Source: a virus. From it: 64,000 nucleotides of DNA. The stretch is from the IMG/VR virus record IMGVR_UViG_3300037840_000188, positions 64,001 to 128,000 of that record. The stretch is one strand, 5' to 3'. This document shows, piece by piece, positions 27,658 to 37,219 of the stretch (the first letter of the stretch is position 1; each line of letters begins with the position of its first letter). The notes beneath the pieces were generated by a model. It was not told the origin of the DNA, ran no database searches, and worked only from the letters and a program-made list of their open reading frames with translations. A program made the position numbers and the translations under genes.

Positions 27658-27900
27658 CTAGCCGATAAGCCTCGACTCTGGAATATATCGCTCGCGCCAA
27701 AGGAACTCTGCCTGCCTTGCGGTGAATCCAGCGCGCCTCGCGGCGGCGATAAAGTTCAGACGCGGAGCCTCTCGCTCGCGCACTCTCGCGGCCTCCTGCT
27801 CGACATGTACGCGTTTCAACGCCTCGTTTAACTTATTTAACTGTGCGGGTGATAGTCGCTTACCCATCTGATTGAGAGAGCGAGAGTGGATGACACTCAT
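27658..27900 (-). CDS. hypothetical protein (start lies in IS target duplication)
   Basis: ATG within duplicated TCATGAGT. Confidence 0.55.
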   Translation of the reverse strand: MSVIHSRSLNQMGKRLSPAQLNKLNEALKRVHVEQEAARVREREAPRLNFIAAARRAGFTARQAEFLWRERYIPESRLIG

Positions 27901-27950
27901 GAGGTGAAAATATACTTGACTCCTCAAATCAGTTCTCCTAAAATGGGTTT

Positions 27951-28934
27951 ATGGAAGCCGCCGCACCCGAACCAAAGACATTTCTGGAAGCCGTTCAGTA
28001 CTTCGCTAACATCGACAATTGCATCGCATACCTTGCTAACAAGCGTTGGTCGAACGGCATCGTAGAGTGTCCGACGTGTGGCCGTAAGGATGCGGCCTAC
28101 GTGCCGTCTCGTCGTTACTGGCAGTGCAAGACGCGGCACCCTAAGGCGCAGTTCTCGGTTAAGGTCGGGACGATCTTTGAGGACTCTCCTATCGGTCTCG
28201 ACAAGTGGCTTCCCGTCATGTGGCAGGTTGCCAGTTGCAAGAATGGCGTCTCGTCCTGGGAAATCAGCCGGAACCTCGGAGTAACCCAGAAGACCGCGTG
28301 GTTCATGCTCCATCGCATCCGGCTTGCAATGCAGGACGACTTCACGGGCGGAAAGCTTGGTGGCGAAGTGGAAGTCGACGAGACTTTCATCGGCGGTAAG
28401 GCACGGAACATGCACAAGGACCGCAAGTGGCGTGCGCTTGAAGGGGCTGGTGGTGGCCAAGTCGGAAAGACCGCCGTTATCGGGCTGCTCGAACGTGGCG
28501 GCAAGGTTCGCACTCAAGTCATCCCGAACCGGAAGCGGCCCACGATTCAGGCCGAAGTACGGAAGCACGTTGAGCCGGGATCGCCGCTGTACACGGATCA
28601 GCTTGAGTCCTATCGCGGCCTGAATGAGTTTGAGCATCAGGTGATCGATCACGCCGTGGCATACGTCAATGGGCAGGTTCATACCAACGGGCTCGAAAAC
28701 TTCTGGTCCTTGCTCAAGCGCGGATTGGGCGGCACCTATGTTTCCGTCGAACCGTTCCATCTGTTTCGGTACGTTGACGAACAGGCGTTCCGCTACAACA
28801 CGCGCAAGGACGCGGACGGCGAAGTGATCCCCGATGCAGAGCGTTTCGGCGAACTGTGTCGAAAGGTCGTGGGTAAGCGGCTGACGTATGCCGAACTCAC
28901 CGGCAAGGTGGGACAAAAACCGGAAGACTTCTAG
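27951..28934 (+). CDS. IS1595-family DDE transposase
   Basis: Zn ribbon CPTCG, VEVDETFIGG, LYTD, HTNGLENFWSLLKR, FRYN. Confidence 0.95.
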   Translation: MEAAAPEPKTFLEAVQYFANIDNCIAYLANKRWSNGIVECPTCGRKDAAYVPSRRYWQCKTRHPKAQFSVKVGTIFEDSPIGLDKWLPVMWQVASCKNGVSSWEISRNLGVTQKTAWFMLHRIRLAMQDDFTGGKLGGEVEVDETFIGGKARNMHKDRKWRALEGAGGGQVGKTAVIGLLERGGKVRTQVIPNRKRPTIQAEVRKHVEPGSPLYTDQLESYRGLNEFEHQVIDHAVAYVNGQVHTNGLENFWSLLKRGLGGTYVSVEPFHLFRYVDEQAFRYNTRKDADGEVIPDAERFGELCRKVVGKRLTYAELTGKVGQKPEDF

Positions 28935-29113
28935 GAATCTTCCCCGTGGTCCGAAGCGGAAGGCTTGACCCTCCGTTTTGGTCCGCGCCTGTTGGGGTTC
29001 GCGTCTACCTGTTTCCGATACTCCGCCTCGCGGCGCTGCATCTCTTCGCGCGATACAGACAGAACCCTTCCGACCAGCCCATCGAAGGCGTTGAACTCGG
29101 CAGAGTGTTTCAT
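28931..29113 (-). CDS. IS1595-associated small protein
   Basis: MKHSAEFNAFDGLVGRVLSVSREEMQRRE, convergent with transposase. Confidence 0.6.
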   Translation of the reverse strand: MKHSAEFNAFDGLVGRVLSVSREEMQRREAEYRKQVDANPNRRGPKRRVKPSASDHGEDS

Positions 29114-29165
29114 TCGTGCCCATCCTATCAATTTCCTCGCGGCGACGCGGTGATAGACTCCCCAG

Positions 29166-29606
29166 ATGGCGAAGCCGCGACCATTTGACCCTCAATACCC
29201 ACTCCTCTGCAAGGGTGAGGGTTGTTCGCAATATATCTGGCTCCCTCAAGGAATCCTCGCAGATATACTTGGCGATCCACTGGGCCGCCCAAAAATCCAG
29301 TATCCCGCCATAGCCGTTGTATGCCCTCACTGCAAGCAACTTCAAACGCTATCGAAGGACCAATTTGTCGCGGGTCACATGGAAGGGCGATACCTTGATG
29401 TGGCCACCGAGTTTTATACGTTGCTTCAATGCGACGAGGAAAAGTGCAGCATTCAAGTACCACTGTACGTGCAATGGAAAGCTCCCACATTTCCCTCCAC
29501 CGAAGCAGAGTTATTCGAAGAAACCGATACATGGAAATGGGGTGACCTGCGCTGTGCTGCTGGGCACTCAATTGTGAAACCACCCCATTGGCCGCTGGTC
29601 TCATAG
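29166..29606 (+). CDS. Cys-rich passenger protein
   Basis: Inside TIRs; several CxxC-like pairs. Confidence 0.6.
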   Translation: MAKPRPFDPQYPLLCKGEGCSQYIWLPQGILADILGDPLGRPKIQYPAIAVVCPHCKQLQTLSKDQFVAGHMEGRYLDVATEFYTLLQCDEEKCSIQVPLYVQWKAPTFPSTEAELFEETDTWKWGDLRCAAGHSIVKPPHWPLVS

Positions 29607-30473
29607 TTAGCCGCCGCCCTTCGCCTCGTCCAGACGCGCAAACATGTTATCCACGATCCCGGCCAATTGCTTGGTGGTCCACTTGTGCTCGTCAGGTTTA
29701 GCGGCACGACCATACAGTAATCGAAGTCGCTTAAGGTCCACCGTATCTGCTTTCCCTGAAAGCTTACGTTGGCGATGCCAGCACAACACGTCCGCAGCCT
29801 GTAACGGAAGACGGGTCTCCATGTCGCCAGGTATGACATCTCCGATGTAACGGTAAGCGTCTGGATAAAGGGACCCGAACCATTCCCTGAAGTCGTCCTG
29901 AGTCTTATCGAGTGTTTTGGAGATGTATTGCTTTTTGGAAACTACGAAGTCCACCTTGTCCGCATCTGGGAAGTGCCTGCGAACCGCTGCCACGACTCTT
30001 ACCATGTATGTCAAATAGCAGTAGTAATCCGGAAACTTTAAGCGGTCTGGAATATGCCTTTTCTTTTGAAATCGAGAGTGAATGAGATTCTTTATTTCAT
30101 CTTGGCTGATCGCCGATGTTGTTACCCGCAGCGAACCGCAACAAGACAGGATTCTGGCTGCTTGGTCGATTCTGTTCTGTGCCTCAATGTATGACATCCC
30201 GATTTTCTTAAGCCACTCCTCTGACATCTCGGACATGTGCAGATAAGGCAACGACCCAGTGCGTGGCGGTCCATCCAATACTTGCTCCTGCCACGCTCGG
30301 GCGATGTATGGCCAGTCATCCTTCGGGGCGATATAACCGCCAACAAAAAACTCGCTAGTATTTTTTACTTCCGACTCATCCGAATGAGAAATAAACACAG
30401 CCACTCGCTTATACCTCGGAGAGAAGCCAGAGAATAGCGAATCCGTGAGAGCCGCTGCTGTAGCTCCCCTCAT
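29607..30473 (-). CDS. DUF3800-like passenger protein
   Basis: HSDES...FFVGGY...LHM...PLQAADVLCW. Confidence 0.75.
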   Translation of the reverse strand: MRGATAAALTDSLFSGFSPRYKRVAVFISHSDESEVKNTSEFFVGGYIAPKDDWPYIARAWQEQVLDGPPRTGSLPYLHMSEMSEEWLKKIGMSYIEAQNRIDQAARILSCCGSLRVTTSAISQDEIKNLIHSRFQKKRHIPDRLKFPDYYCYLTYMVRVVAAVRRHFPDADKVDFVVSKKQYISKTLDKTQDDFREWFGSLYPDAYRYIGDVIPGDMETRLPLQAADVLCWHRQRKLSGKADTVDLKRLRLLYGRAAKPDEHKWTTKQLAGIVDNMFARLDEAKGGG

Positions 30474-30543
30474 GCGTAACCCCTGCGACTCTGTGAAAAA
30501 TGGTACCGCTCTCCGCTTGAGGAGTCAACGATATTATCACCAC

Positions 30544-30888
30544 TCATGAGCCGACCTGTTCCGTTGTCCCTTCCCACACGAACTGATCGAGAGGGTAATG
30601 CGCCCCGCACCGGCAGCAAAATGTCCCGCTATAAAAGCCGGGATCGCGGGCATAGGTTTCCGCCAGAGCGGTTCCCATTGTGGTTACGGAGCCGCATTTT
30701 TTATGAATATAGGAGCGTCGCACTGGCCGAACAAAACCCTTGGCGCGTTCCTTTTCACAGAGGACCACATATCCCTTCTGCTGGCCATCTGATCGCAACT
30801 CACGGTGATCTTCCGTCACGGGAGAGCCATCGGTCAGAACGCGACAACTGCGATCCACTGGCGGAATTTGATCTATTTCCATGTCCAT
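30544..30888 (-). CDS. conserved phage Zn-binding protein
   Basis: GFVRPVRRSYIHKKCG...AETYARDPGFYSGTFCCRC. Confidence 0.75.
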   Translation of the reverse strand: MDMEIDQIPPVDRSCRVLTDGSPVTEDHRELRSDGQQKGYVVLCEKERAKGFVRPVRRSYIHKKCGSVTTMGTALAETYARDPGFYSGTFCCRCGAHYPLDQFVWEGTTEQVGS

Positions 30889-30893
30889 TACCC

Positions 30894-31136
30894 TTAATTA
30901 AGCGGTGGCGCGACCTTTACTAAAATTGTTTCCGGTACCGGCCCATCCCCTTGATATATGACCCGAATACCAGGAAACCGCTCCTTTAACTTCGCGATGT
31001 AACGATCCGCTTTGCCTTCCTCGGAATCCGTGACGAAACCCACCACCAGCTTTTCCTGCATCGCCTTTTCGCCGATCTGACGAATACGCTCGTCTTCTTG
31101 CAGATCCGCTATATCTTTGTAGGGTATTGGCTTCAC
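30894..31136 (-). CDS. hypothetical protein
   Basis: ORF track; RBS GGAG. Confidence 0.65.
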   Translation of the reverse strand: MKPIPYKDIADLQEDERIRQIGEKAMQEKLVVGFVTDSEEGKADRYIAKLKERFPGIRVIYQGDGPVPETILVKVAPPLN

Positions 31137-31466
31137 GGCGTCGCTCCCATCTGCGCTCTCTCTCGGGGATTCGAGTCCACATTTAACCCAAGATCATCCG
31201 ACAGTCTGACGCCGAGCCAGAGGCCAACTACGGTGAGCGCCAGAGCGGAGATGATTACCCAGCGGCTCATAGATCGGCCATCCTCTCCAGCTCATCAACG
31301 GCCCGGCCTGCCCACAACTCCTCAATAAACATCTGGACCACGTGCTCGTTACTCACACTGCTCAGATCAGTCGCTCGGTCGGACCTATCCACTCGCAACG
31401 CAGTTCCATGCGGAGACGTAGACGCCTTGACATCAGAGTCCCTACCGCCTTGCGAGTAGAGAGCCA

Positions 31467-31931
31467 TCACTTGATCGCTTTCAATTTCAAACCGCACGCA
31501 ATCCAGTCCGTCGTCAGACAAGCTTGTCCATCATAGAGCGTCATCTTTCCAGAGCAGATTGCGCGGTTAACCGCCTTTTCAACCACGTCCTTGACGCGGG
31601 CGTTGTATTTACCGGAATACGGCTCTGCCCAGAGATTCTTGTCAGGATCGTTAGATCCACCGTTCTCCAGACTGAGGTAGTGATCTACTTCACAGCATCC
31701 GCTCTTCATCTGCTTGTCGCGAGCCAGGATTTGCTTCTTCGTCGCCTCGGTGACAGAGCGGACGGTCGCCGTGTATCCAACAACGCAGATCGTTGAATTG
31801 ATCGTCGCCTGCGTTACAGCCTTATCGCGGTCGCCAGTCACACCCACTGGCGGATAAGCCTCAGGAGGCCCAATCCGGTCGGCAGCGAAGAGTGCCACGC
31901 AAAGGCAGGAGACCAGTACGAGTGGCCGCAT
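31467..31931 (-). CDS. secreted HNH-like protein
   Basis: Signal peptide; EVDHYLSLENGGSND..NLWAEP. Confidence 0.7.
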   Translation of the reverse strand: MRPLVLVSCLCVALFAADRIGPPEAYPPVGVTGDRDKAVTQATINSTICVVGYTATVRSVTEATKKQILARDKQMKSGCCEVDHYLSLENGGSNDPDKNLWAEPYSGKYNARVKDVVEKAVNRAICSGKMTLYDGQACLTTDWIACGLKLKAIK

Positions 31932-32115
31932 TATGCCGCCTTCACGTACTCGCGGAGAAGTCCGACGATAAGTTGCGACATATTCTTATTTTCGCCCTCA
32001 GCCTTCTTCTTCGCTTTTGCACGGAGAGGAGCGGGAACGGATACATTGACCCGAGGGTCGGTTGCTGGAATTCGTTTTGACATGAGTTCAGATTAATTCA
32101 GGGCGGGGATTAATG

Positions 32116-32487
32116 TCAAATCTTCTGAAGGATGTGCTTGCCCTCTTCTGTCGTTAATCGATATATATGGCCGCTCACGGTATGCCTCAGAATGACACTG
32201 TCTGGAGTTTTCTCTTCAATCTGTTCCCAATCCACGCATTGACCGATGACCCAGGTTTTATCGTCCATCTGCCATAGGTCACGGATCTCCACTTTCTTGC
32301 CCTCGCCGAGTGGATAGCACGGATACGAGTAGAGTTTCGGCGGCGGAGCTTTAAGTGCGGGCTTGCCGCTTAACAGACGACGCAGGAGTGCGGAGTGATC
32401 GGCGTCTACATCGCGAGTGCCGCGTCCGTAATGCTCGCATATACGAAGCCATTCGGAAACGGCTTTTACTTGCTGCTCTATGTCCAT
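32116..32487 (-). CDS. hypothetical protein
   Basis: ORF track. Confidence 0.6.
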   Translation of the reverse strand: MDIEQQVKAVSEWLRICEHYGRGTRDVDADHSALLRRLLSGKPALKAPPPKLYSYPCYPLGEGKKVEIRDLWQMDDKTWVIGQCVDWEQIEEKTPDSVILRHTVSGHIYRLTTEEGKHILQKI

Positions 32488-33096
32488 CTACCGGCTTTCT
32501 CTCAGCCTCATTCCGATTCTCGCAAGTTCATCTTTTACCTCAGCGAGTGAGCGTTTTCCGAAATTCTGGATTCTCATGAGATCGCGTTCGGTCATGGATA
32601 GCAACTGCCCAATGGTTTGAATCCCAGCATTTTTCACACAGTTATACGCACGGACTGATAATTCTAATTCCTCTACTGATTTACTATTGTCTGGGGCAGC
32701 GATTTCTCTCCGCTCACCTCCCGGAATCTCCGCCGGATGCTAGCTCTTCATGTGCTCAGCAATATTCTCAAATGTGCGATTGCAACACGGGCAGACACCG
32801 TGCATGACACGATTTTTCAGTCTGGCCAGTTCTTGTTTTTCCTCTGCGAGTGCCTTCTCCGCAACTAAGCGCGCATGCCGCTCTTCATTGGCTTTCGCCT
32901 GAACCTGATTCACCTTCTCGCGCTCAATATCGAGATCCGTCTTCCCGGCATACTGCTGCTGATGGCCCATCGGACAATAAAACCAATTGTGCGACTTTAT
33001 TAATTCCGCCTTAAAATCTGAAGCAATAGCGAAATGCATGCCGCACTGGCAACATCGCAAAACGTCAAAACCAATCCCAAATACGATCTGGGCCAC
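32488..33096 (-). CDS. Zn-finger/coiled-coil protein fused across an in-frame TAG (32740-32742) to an RNA polymerase alpha-CTD-like domain
   Basis: CPCCNRTF...HMKS*HP then SVEELELSVRAYNCVKNAGIQTIGQLL...IQNFGKRSLAEVKDEL. Confidence 0.75.
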
Positions 33097-33099
33097 AGA

Positions 33100-33339
33100 T
33101 TACTCCTTGATCATCTTCTTCAACTCTTCCACCGTCGGCGTCCCCGGCTCAACTGCTTCCCAATCGAGAGCGTCGTAACGCCCCACGAATACACGCCAGG
33201 CGATCTTCCAGCGACGAGGATGGAGCAGCGATAGCTCAAAGCTGAGGCAGCGCGCAGGCCGATATTTACCGGATTCGTATTCCTCCCCAACGGGCCAGTG
33301 CTGGAGTTCGGACGGGGTGTGGATGGAGGGGGCTCTCAT
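33100..33339 (-). CDS. hypothetical protein
   Basis: ORF track. Confidence 0.6.
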   Translation of the reverse strand: MRAPSIHTPSELQHWPVGEEYESGKYRPARCLSFELSLLHPRRWKIAWRVFVGRYDALDWEAVEPGTPTVEELKKMIKE

Positions 33340-33342
33340 GTT

Positions 33343-33537
33343 TTATGGGCGATGCTGACCGACCTTAAAGTTCTTAGCTCCAAATCCAGGAGGATGCCAA
33401 TTGTGATAACCACCACAGAACCTACATCGATAATGATTCAGTCCGCGCATCTTTGTCCCAGCGGCAGCTTCAGCGGCTGTGTTGTAACGAATCTTTCCCT
33501 CACACGATCTTCGCCTGACGCGCCTCTTACTGCTCAT
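33343..33537 (-). CDS. small Zn-binding phage protein
   Basis: CEGKIRY...YRCRFCGGYH. Confidence 0.65.
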   Translation of the reverse strand: MSSKRRVRRRSCEGKIRYNTAAEAAAGTKMRGLNHYRCRFCGGYHNWHPPGFGAKNFKVGQHRP

Positions 33538-33538
33538 T

Positions 33539-33898
33539 TCACCAGTAATTCGCAGTAACGCTAATCTTCGCCTTACACCGATGCCGCATGCAGATATCAG
33601 AAGCCCACGATGCCAGTTCTTCTTTTTGCGCGGCCAGCTTCTCCCATGAGATCTGCTCGCCGTATCCGTACGTCACCAGATCGAAGATAATGATGTCGCC
33701 TTCCTGCGCACCGATCTGCCAGTCACTGTCGTAGCGGGATTCCATCACCTTGATGTTGTATTTCTCGGTGCCGATGGGAATCTGGACATCGTCGTCGAAC
33801 ACGACGCCGGACTCTACGATAATTTCACGGTGCGTCTTCCGCGCCAGATCATCTGGCGTGAGCGTCAGGAGGAGGATTACATTCGGATGCTGGCTCAT
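33539..33898 (-). CDS. hypothetical protein
   Basis: ORF track, ATG coupled to upstream stop. Confidence 0.6.
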   Translation of the reverse strand: MSQHPNVILLLTLTPDDLARKTHREIIVESGVVFDDDVQIPIGTEKYNIKVMESRYDSDWQIGAQEGDIIIFDLVTYGYGEQISWEKLAAQKEELASWASDICMRHRCKAKISVTANYW

Positions 33899-34108
33899 GC
33901 CGTCGCCGCCGGAGCAATCAGTTCCGAGATTTTCTTGTGTACGCAGGATTCCCCGCACAGATCGAATACGACAGCGCCATCGGAGCCTACAGCTCGTACA
34001 TCACCGTGAGTGAGGATATAAATGCAACCATCGCCAGTCTTGCCAACGACATACCAGTGATTAGTCTGCTGCTTCACGGCCCTGCATACATCGCACGTGA
34101 TGGCTTCA

Positions 34109-34864
34109 CTACGCATTATTCTTCGCCACCTGCTTCCGTTCCGCTGCCACCATCAGACCATCGAATACTGGCCCATCTATCAGTCGCTGGCAGGCCTCCA
34201 GTACGTGCCCGACCTTCTTCATATCCAGCCTGTCGTCAGAGTCGCGGACGCGTCCTTCCATATCGATCCAAAATGCGCCAGAACGAAACGCCATAATGCC
34301 GCCCACAGTCTCAGTCACGTCATCCGGCCCGATACCGCCCGCATAACCCACGTACTCAGAATCAACCATCCCATCCCACGCCCGCACCTGACGGCCTTCG
34401 CCGCCAGATTCGTCAAATAATGGAGCGCAGTTGAGGCCCTGTTCCTGACAGGCTCGCATATACTGACCCGCACGTGGATACTGAAAGACCAACTGTTGCT
34501 TGGCACCATACATGCTCATCTCTGCCGCCAACGCAGAAGCTGAGAGGCGCGTCCATAACGGTGTCTCGCCATTAATCTGCACTCGCTGGACGCCAGCGCG
34601 GATCGGAGGCAGCACATCCCACCTCATCTCCCCTGCCATCAGATCGCGAGCCCATTTCCCACAGATATGCATGGACAAGTTCATCCGGTGCGCGTACTTC
34701 AGGAGTTTCTCCTGCCAGGCGCGAGAAGGATAGCGCGGGGAGCCTTCTCTCTTATGGCTAACGAGAATTCCGAACTCCAACCACGGATAAGCCAACGCCA
34801 GATCGAGGAGTTCAAGTGGGTCGGTTTGGTCGTCGGAGCCGGTGATGGTTACGCGGTCAAGCAT
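34109..34864 (-). CDS. phage TrpF/PRAI-like TIM-barrel protein
   Basis: VTITGSDD, LFDESGGEG, GYAGGIGPDDV, WIDMEGRVR. Confidence 0.7.
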   Translation of the reverse strand: MLDRVTITGSDDQTDPLELLDLALAYPWLEFGILVSHKREGSPRYPSRAWQEKLLKYAHRMNLSMHICGKWARDLMAGEMRWDVLPPIRAGVQRVQINGETPLWTRLSASALAAEMSMYGAKQQLVFQYPRAGQYMRACQEQGLNCAPLFDESGGEGRQVRAWDGMVDSEYVGYAGGIGPDDVTETVGGIMAFRSGAFWIDMEGRVRDSDDRLDMKKVGHVLEACQRLIDGPVFDGLMVAAERKQVAKNNA

Positions 34865-35089
34865 GTTTACTCACTATAGACGCAGCGCTGGTTCTACGAT
34901 TCCTCCACTCACCAACCTCTCTCTCCTGTACCCGAATATTCTCGTAGCGCGGAGCCCGACCACTTACCATCAAGCGCTTATTCGCCTGCCTGGCTCGGAG
35001 GATAGCTTTATCGATCTTCTCCTGAAAGCGGAGCGCTGTACTGATCGGTGATAGTTTTCCATTGAGATCAGCAACTACGCGCAACTCAG

Positions 35090-35428
35090 TCATACGGACT
35101 CACTCCGTTGCAACCTATCGATTTCCGCCGCAATAAGCGCCCCAGCCTTCTCCAGCATTCGAATGCGCTCAGTCGAATTAGGTGTACCGGTCGTCCGCTT
35201 ATCCCAGTGCCGCTGCCATGGCCATGGATCGGAGAATTTATGAAATCGCTCTGTCCTGTATTCGTGACTCCGTAAAGTATAAACGCGATCCCCAACTGCG
35301 GCTGCGGCGTAACAAATAGCCGCCATCACCATCTCCCCGGCATCGTGCTTATCATCGTGCTCGGGCGTCCATCTCTCGACGGATATCTGGCGGTTGCGTT
35401 CGGCGGAGATTCTCTCGGAGCCGGTCAT
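35090..35428 (-). CDS. conserved phage protein
   Basis: ERNRQI...EHDDKH...WPW...LEKAGALIAAEIDRL. Confidence 0.75.
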   Translation of the reverse strand: MTGSERISAERNRQISVERWTPEHDDKHDAGEMVMAAICYAAAAVGDRVYTLRSHEYRTERFHKFSDPWPWQRHWDKRTTGTPNSTERIRMLEKAGALIAAEIDRLQRSESV

Positions 35429-35712
35429 GCGGTTGCCCTCAGAACATCCTCAGCGGTGGCAATAGAGGGAAGGCTGTAGCCACCCTTCAAATTTGAAAGC
35501 TGAACGAGCGAAATGTCCATCCGTTTTGCAATATTACTCAATTCCCCAGTGCCCTCAAACGACTGGAGATGATCCTGGAGAGCAGCCCGCATTTCCTCGC
35601 GCTTCTGGCGGAAGACTGCTTTGGCTTCTTTTAATTCCGCGACCTTAATGGTCAATTTTTTACCAGTGATCTTCACTGGTAGTACTGTACACGCTGCGCG
35701 CCAGCCTGTCAA
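35425..35712 (-). CDS. HTH-containing protein (start uncertain)
   Basis: LSNIAKRMDISLVQLSNLKGGYSLPS. Confidence 0.5.
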   Translation of the reverse strand: MTGWRAACTVLPVKITGKKLTIKVAELKEAKAVFRQKREEMRAALQDHLQSFEGTGELSNIAKRMDISLVQLSNLKGGYSLPSIATAEDVLRATA

Positions 35713-35718
35713 GAAAAT

Positions 35719-35754
35719 AAAAAGCCCGCCCTCCCCGAAGAGAGAAGCGGGCTC
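35719..35754 (-). terminator. Rho-independent terminator
   Basis: GAGCCCGCTTCTCTC-TTCG-GGGAGGGCGGGCTTTTT. Confidence 0.75.
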
Positions 35755-35786
35755 GTGGTGACAGTGGATTGGTCCGAGTATAGCAG

Positions 35787-36128
35787 TTACTTTGGCGTGC
35801 CGAAAGTAAACACAAGCGAAGCTGCGACCGACGGGGGTGGCGGAGGCGCGGCGGTCAATACGATAGTTGCGACGCCCTGAACCTGCTCAGTCGTCGTGCC
35901 GTCCGGCTCTAAAGCGGTTGCCACTTCTGTGAGCGTGGCAGTGCCAACGCCGACGCCGGTGATGATCGCTCCATTGGGAGTGCTGGGGTCCGGCGCAACA
36001 GTAAAGACTGTCGGGTCCGAACTCGTGTAAGAGGTACTCGAAAGAGTCGCCGTACTGGCTCCTCCCGAGGCGTTTACTGGCGAGCCGATCACACTGACCG
36101 ACTGCGTTGCGAGCATGGTGAATTGCAT
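35787..36128 (-). CDS. Ig-like (Big_2-type) domain protein
   Basis: YTSSDPTVFTV...IITGVGVGTATLT; RBS CAGGAG. Confidence 0.65.
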   Translation of the reverse strand: MQFTMLATQSVSVIGSPVNASGGASTATLSSTSYTSSDPTVFTVAPDPSTPNGAIITGVGVGTATLTEVATALEPDGTTTEQVQGVATIVLTAAPPPPPSVAASLVFTFGTPK

Positions 36129-36463
36129 TTGTTCTCCTGAAATTTGGTTTTGACCAAGGCTGAATGTAAATCTGATCCTGTGCGCGTGGTGGCGAAACCG
36201 GTGTTCTCTGAAGTACCGGGTTAGCGAGAACCAGTGACACTGGCTACGGTGGGACATTAGGCAACTTAAGTATGACAGAAGGCTGGTTAACGTCTGGTGT
36301 CCGTACTATGCGGCTTCCCATCACTATACGACATCGCGTTGAGTGTGGGCAGGGGGCTGCAATGCTACCCCACCCCCTCCCGGCTCGGAGATGGCCATCG
36401 TTGGCCTTGCTGCTATGCGGGTGGTTTAGTTAATCCCTGCCTGTACTCGGTTTAAAATTTCTC

Positions 36464-36491
36464 TTGACATGATACCTAGTTTTATGTCACA
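36464..36491 (+). promoter_or_regulatory. promoter with inverted repeat TGACAT-N13-ATGTCA upstream of recombinase
   Basis: TTGACA -35 embedded in the inverted repeat; near-leaderless ATG. Confidence 0.45.
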
Positions 36492-36499
36492 ATCAAATC

Positions 36500-37219
36500 A
36501 TGGAAACAATCAAGAAGGTCATCGGTTACTGCCGCGTGTCAACAAATCGACAGGAGCACTCTCGCGATGCCCAGGAGTTTCGCATTCGAAAAACAGCTGA
36601 AAGCCACCCGGAGTGGGAGCTTCAGGATGTGATTATCGACTTCGATGAATGCAGTGGAAATCTAAACCGACCCGGCGTTCAGCGAGTCTTGGAGATGGTT
36701 CGCAATAAGACCGTCGACGCGGTCATCATCTGCAAGATGGATCGCATAACCCGCTCAACCCGCGACGCCATCGATCTGATTGAGTTGTTTGCGAAGCAGG
36801 GTGTGACGCTCGTGAGTCTTAACGAGTCGCTCGACACCAGCAGTGCTATCGGTCGTTTCTTTGTGCGCACGCTTGCCAGTATTGCCGAGCTTGAAAGGGA
36901 GATCACGAGCGAGCGCACCACGGCGGTCCTGCGCTATCAAAAGTCGCAGGGGTATCCAGCCGGAGCGACGCCTTACGGATGGACGCGTCAGCCAAAGGTC
37001 GCCAATGTTAACGGAAGGCTGGTATCCCAGCCGCTGGTGATTAATGAATCCGAGCAGGAGATTTTATCTAAAGCTCGCGATCTGCGTGCCACCGGCCAGA
37101 GCTATCAGCGAATCGCGGCGGCCCTGAACGAAGGCGGCTATCGCACTCGCACTGGCGGCCAGTGGGTCAAACAGTATGTGATTGGAATCCTGAAGACTTC
37201 TGAGGTTGCGGCTGCGTGA
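36500..37219 (+). CDS. serine recombinase (resolvase domain + recombinase DNA-binding domain)
   Basis: GYCRVST, SG.LNRPG, KMDRITR, AELERE.TSERT. Confidence 0.92.
   Translation: METIKKVIGYCRVSTNRQEHSRDAQEFRIRKTAESHPEWELQDVIIDFDECSGNLNRPGVQRVLEMVRNKTVDAVIICKMDRITRSTRDAIDLIELFAKQGVTLVSLNESLDTSSAIGRFFVRTLASIAELEREITSERTTAVLRYQKSQGYPAGATPYGWTRQPKVANVNGRLVSQPLVINESEQEILSKARDLRATGQSYQRIAAALNEGGYRTRTGGQWVKQYVIGILKTSEVAAA

Larger units (their letters stand above)
27903..30541 (+). mobile_element. IS1595-family element with passenger genes
   Basis: TIR GGTGAAAATATACTTGACTCCTCAA vs GGTGATAATATCGTTGACTCCTCAA; 8-bp TSD ACTCATGA at 27895-27902 and 30542-30549. Confidence 0.9.

Noticed and set aside
27924-29345. 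473-aa minus-strand ORF (likewise 50900-52417, 49794-50669, 55672-56289, 59694-60563)
   Set aside because: Antisense shadows of transposase, TnpB or radical SAM genes; no motifs of their own
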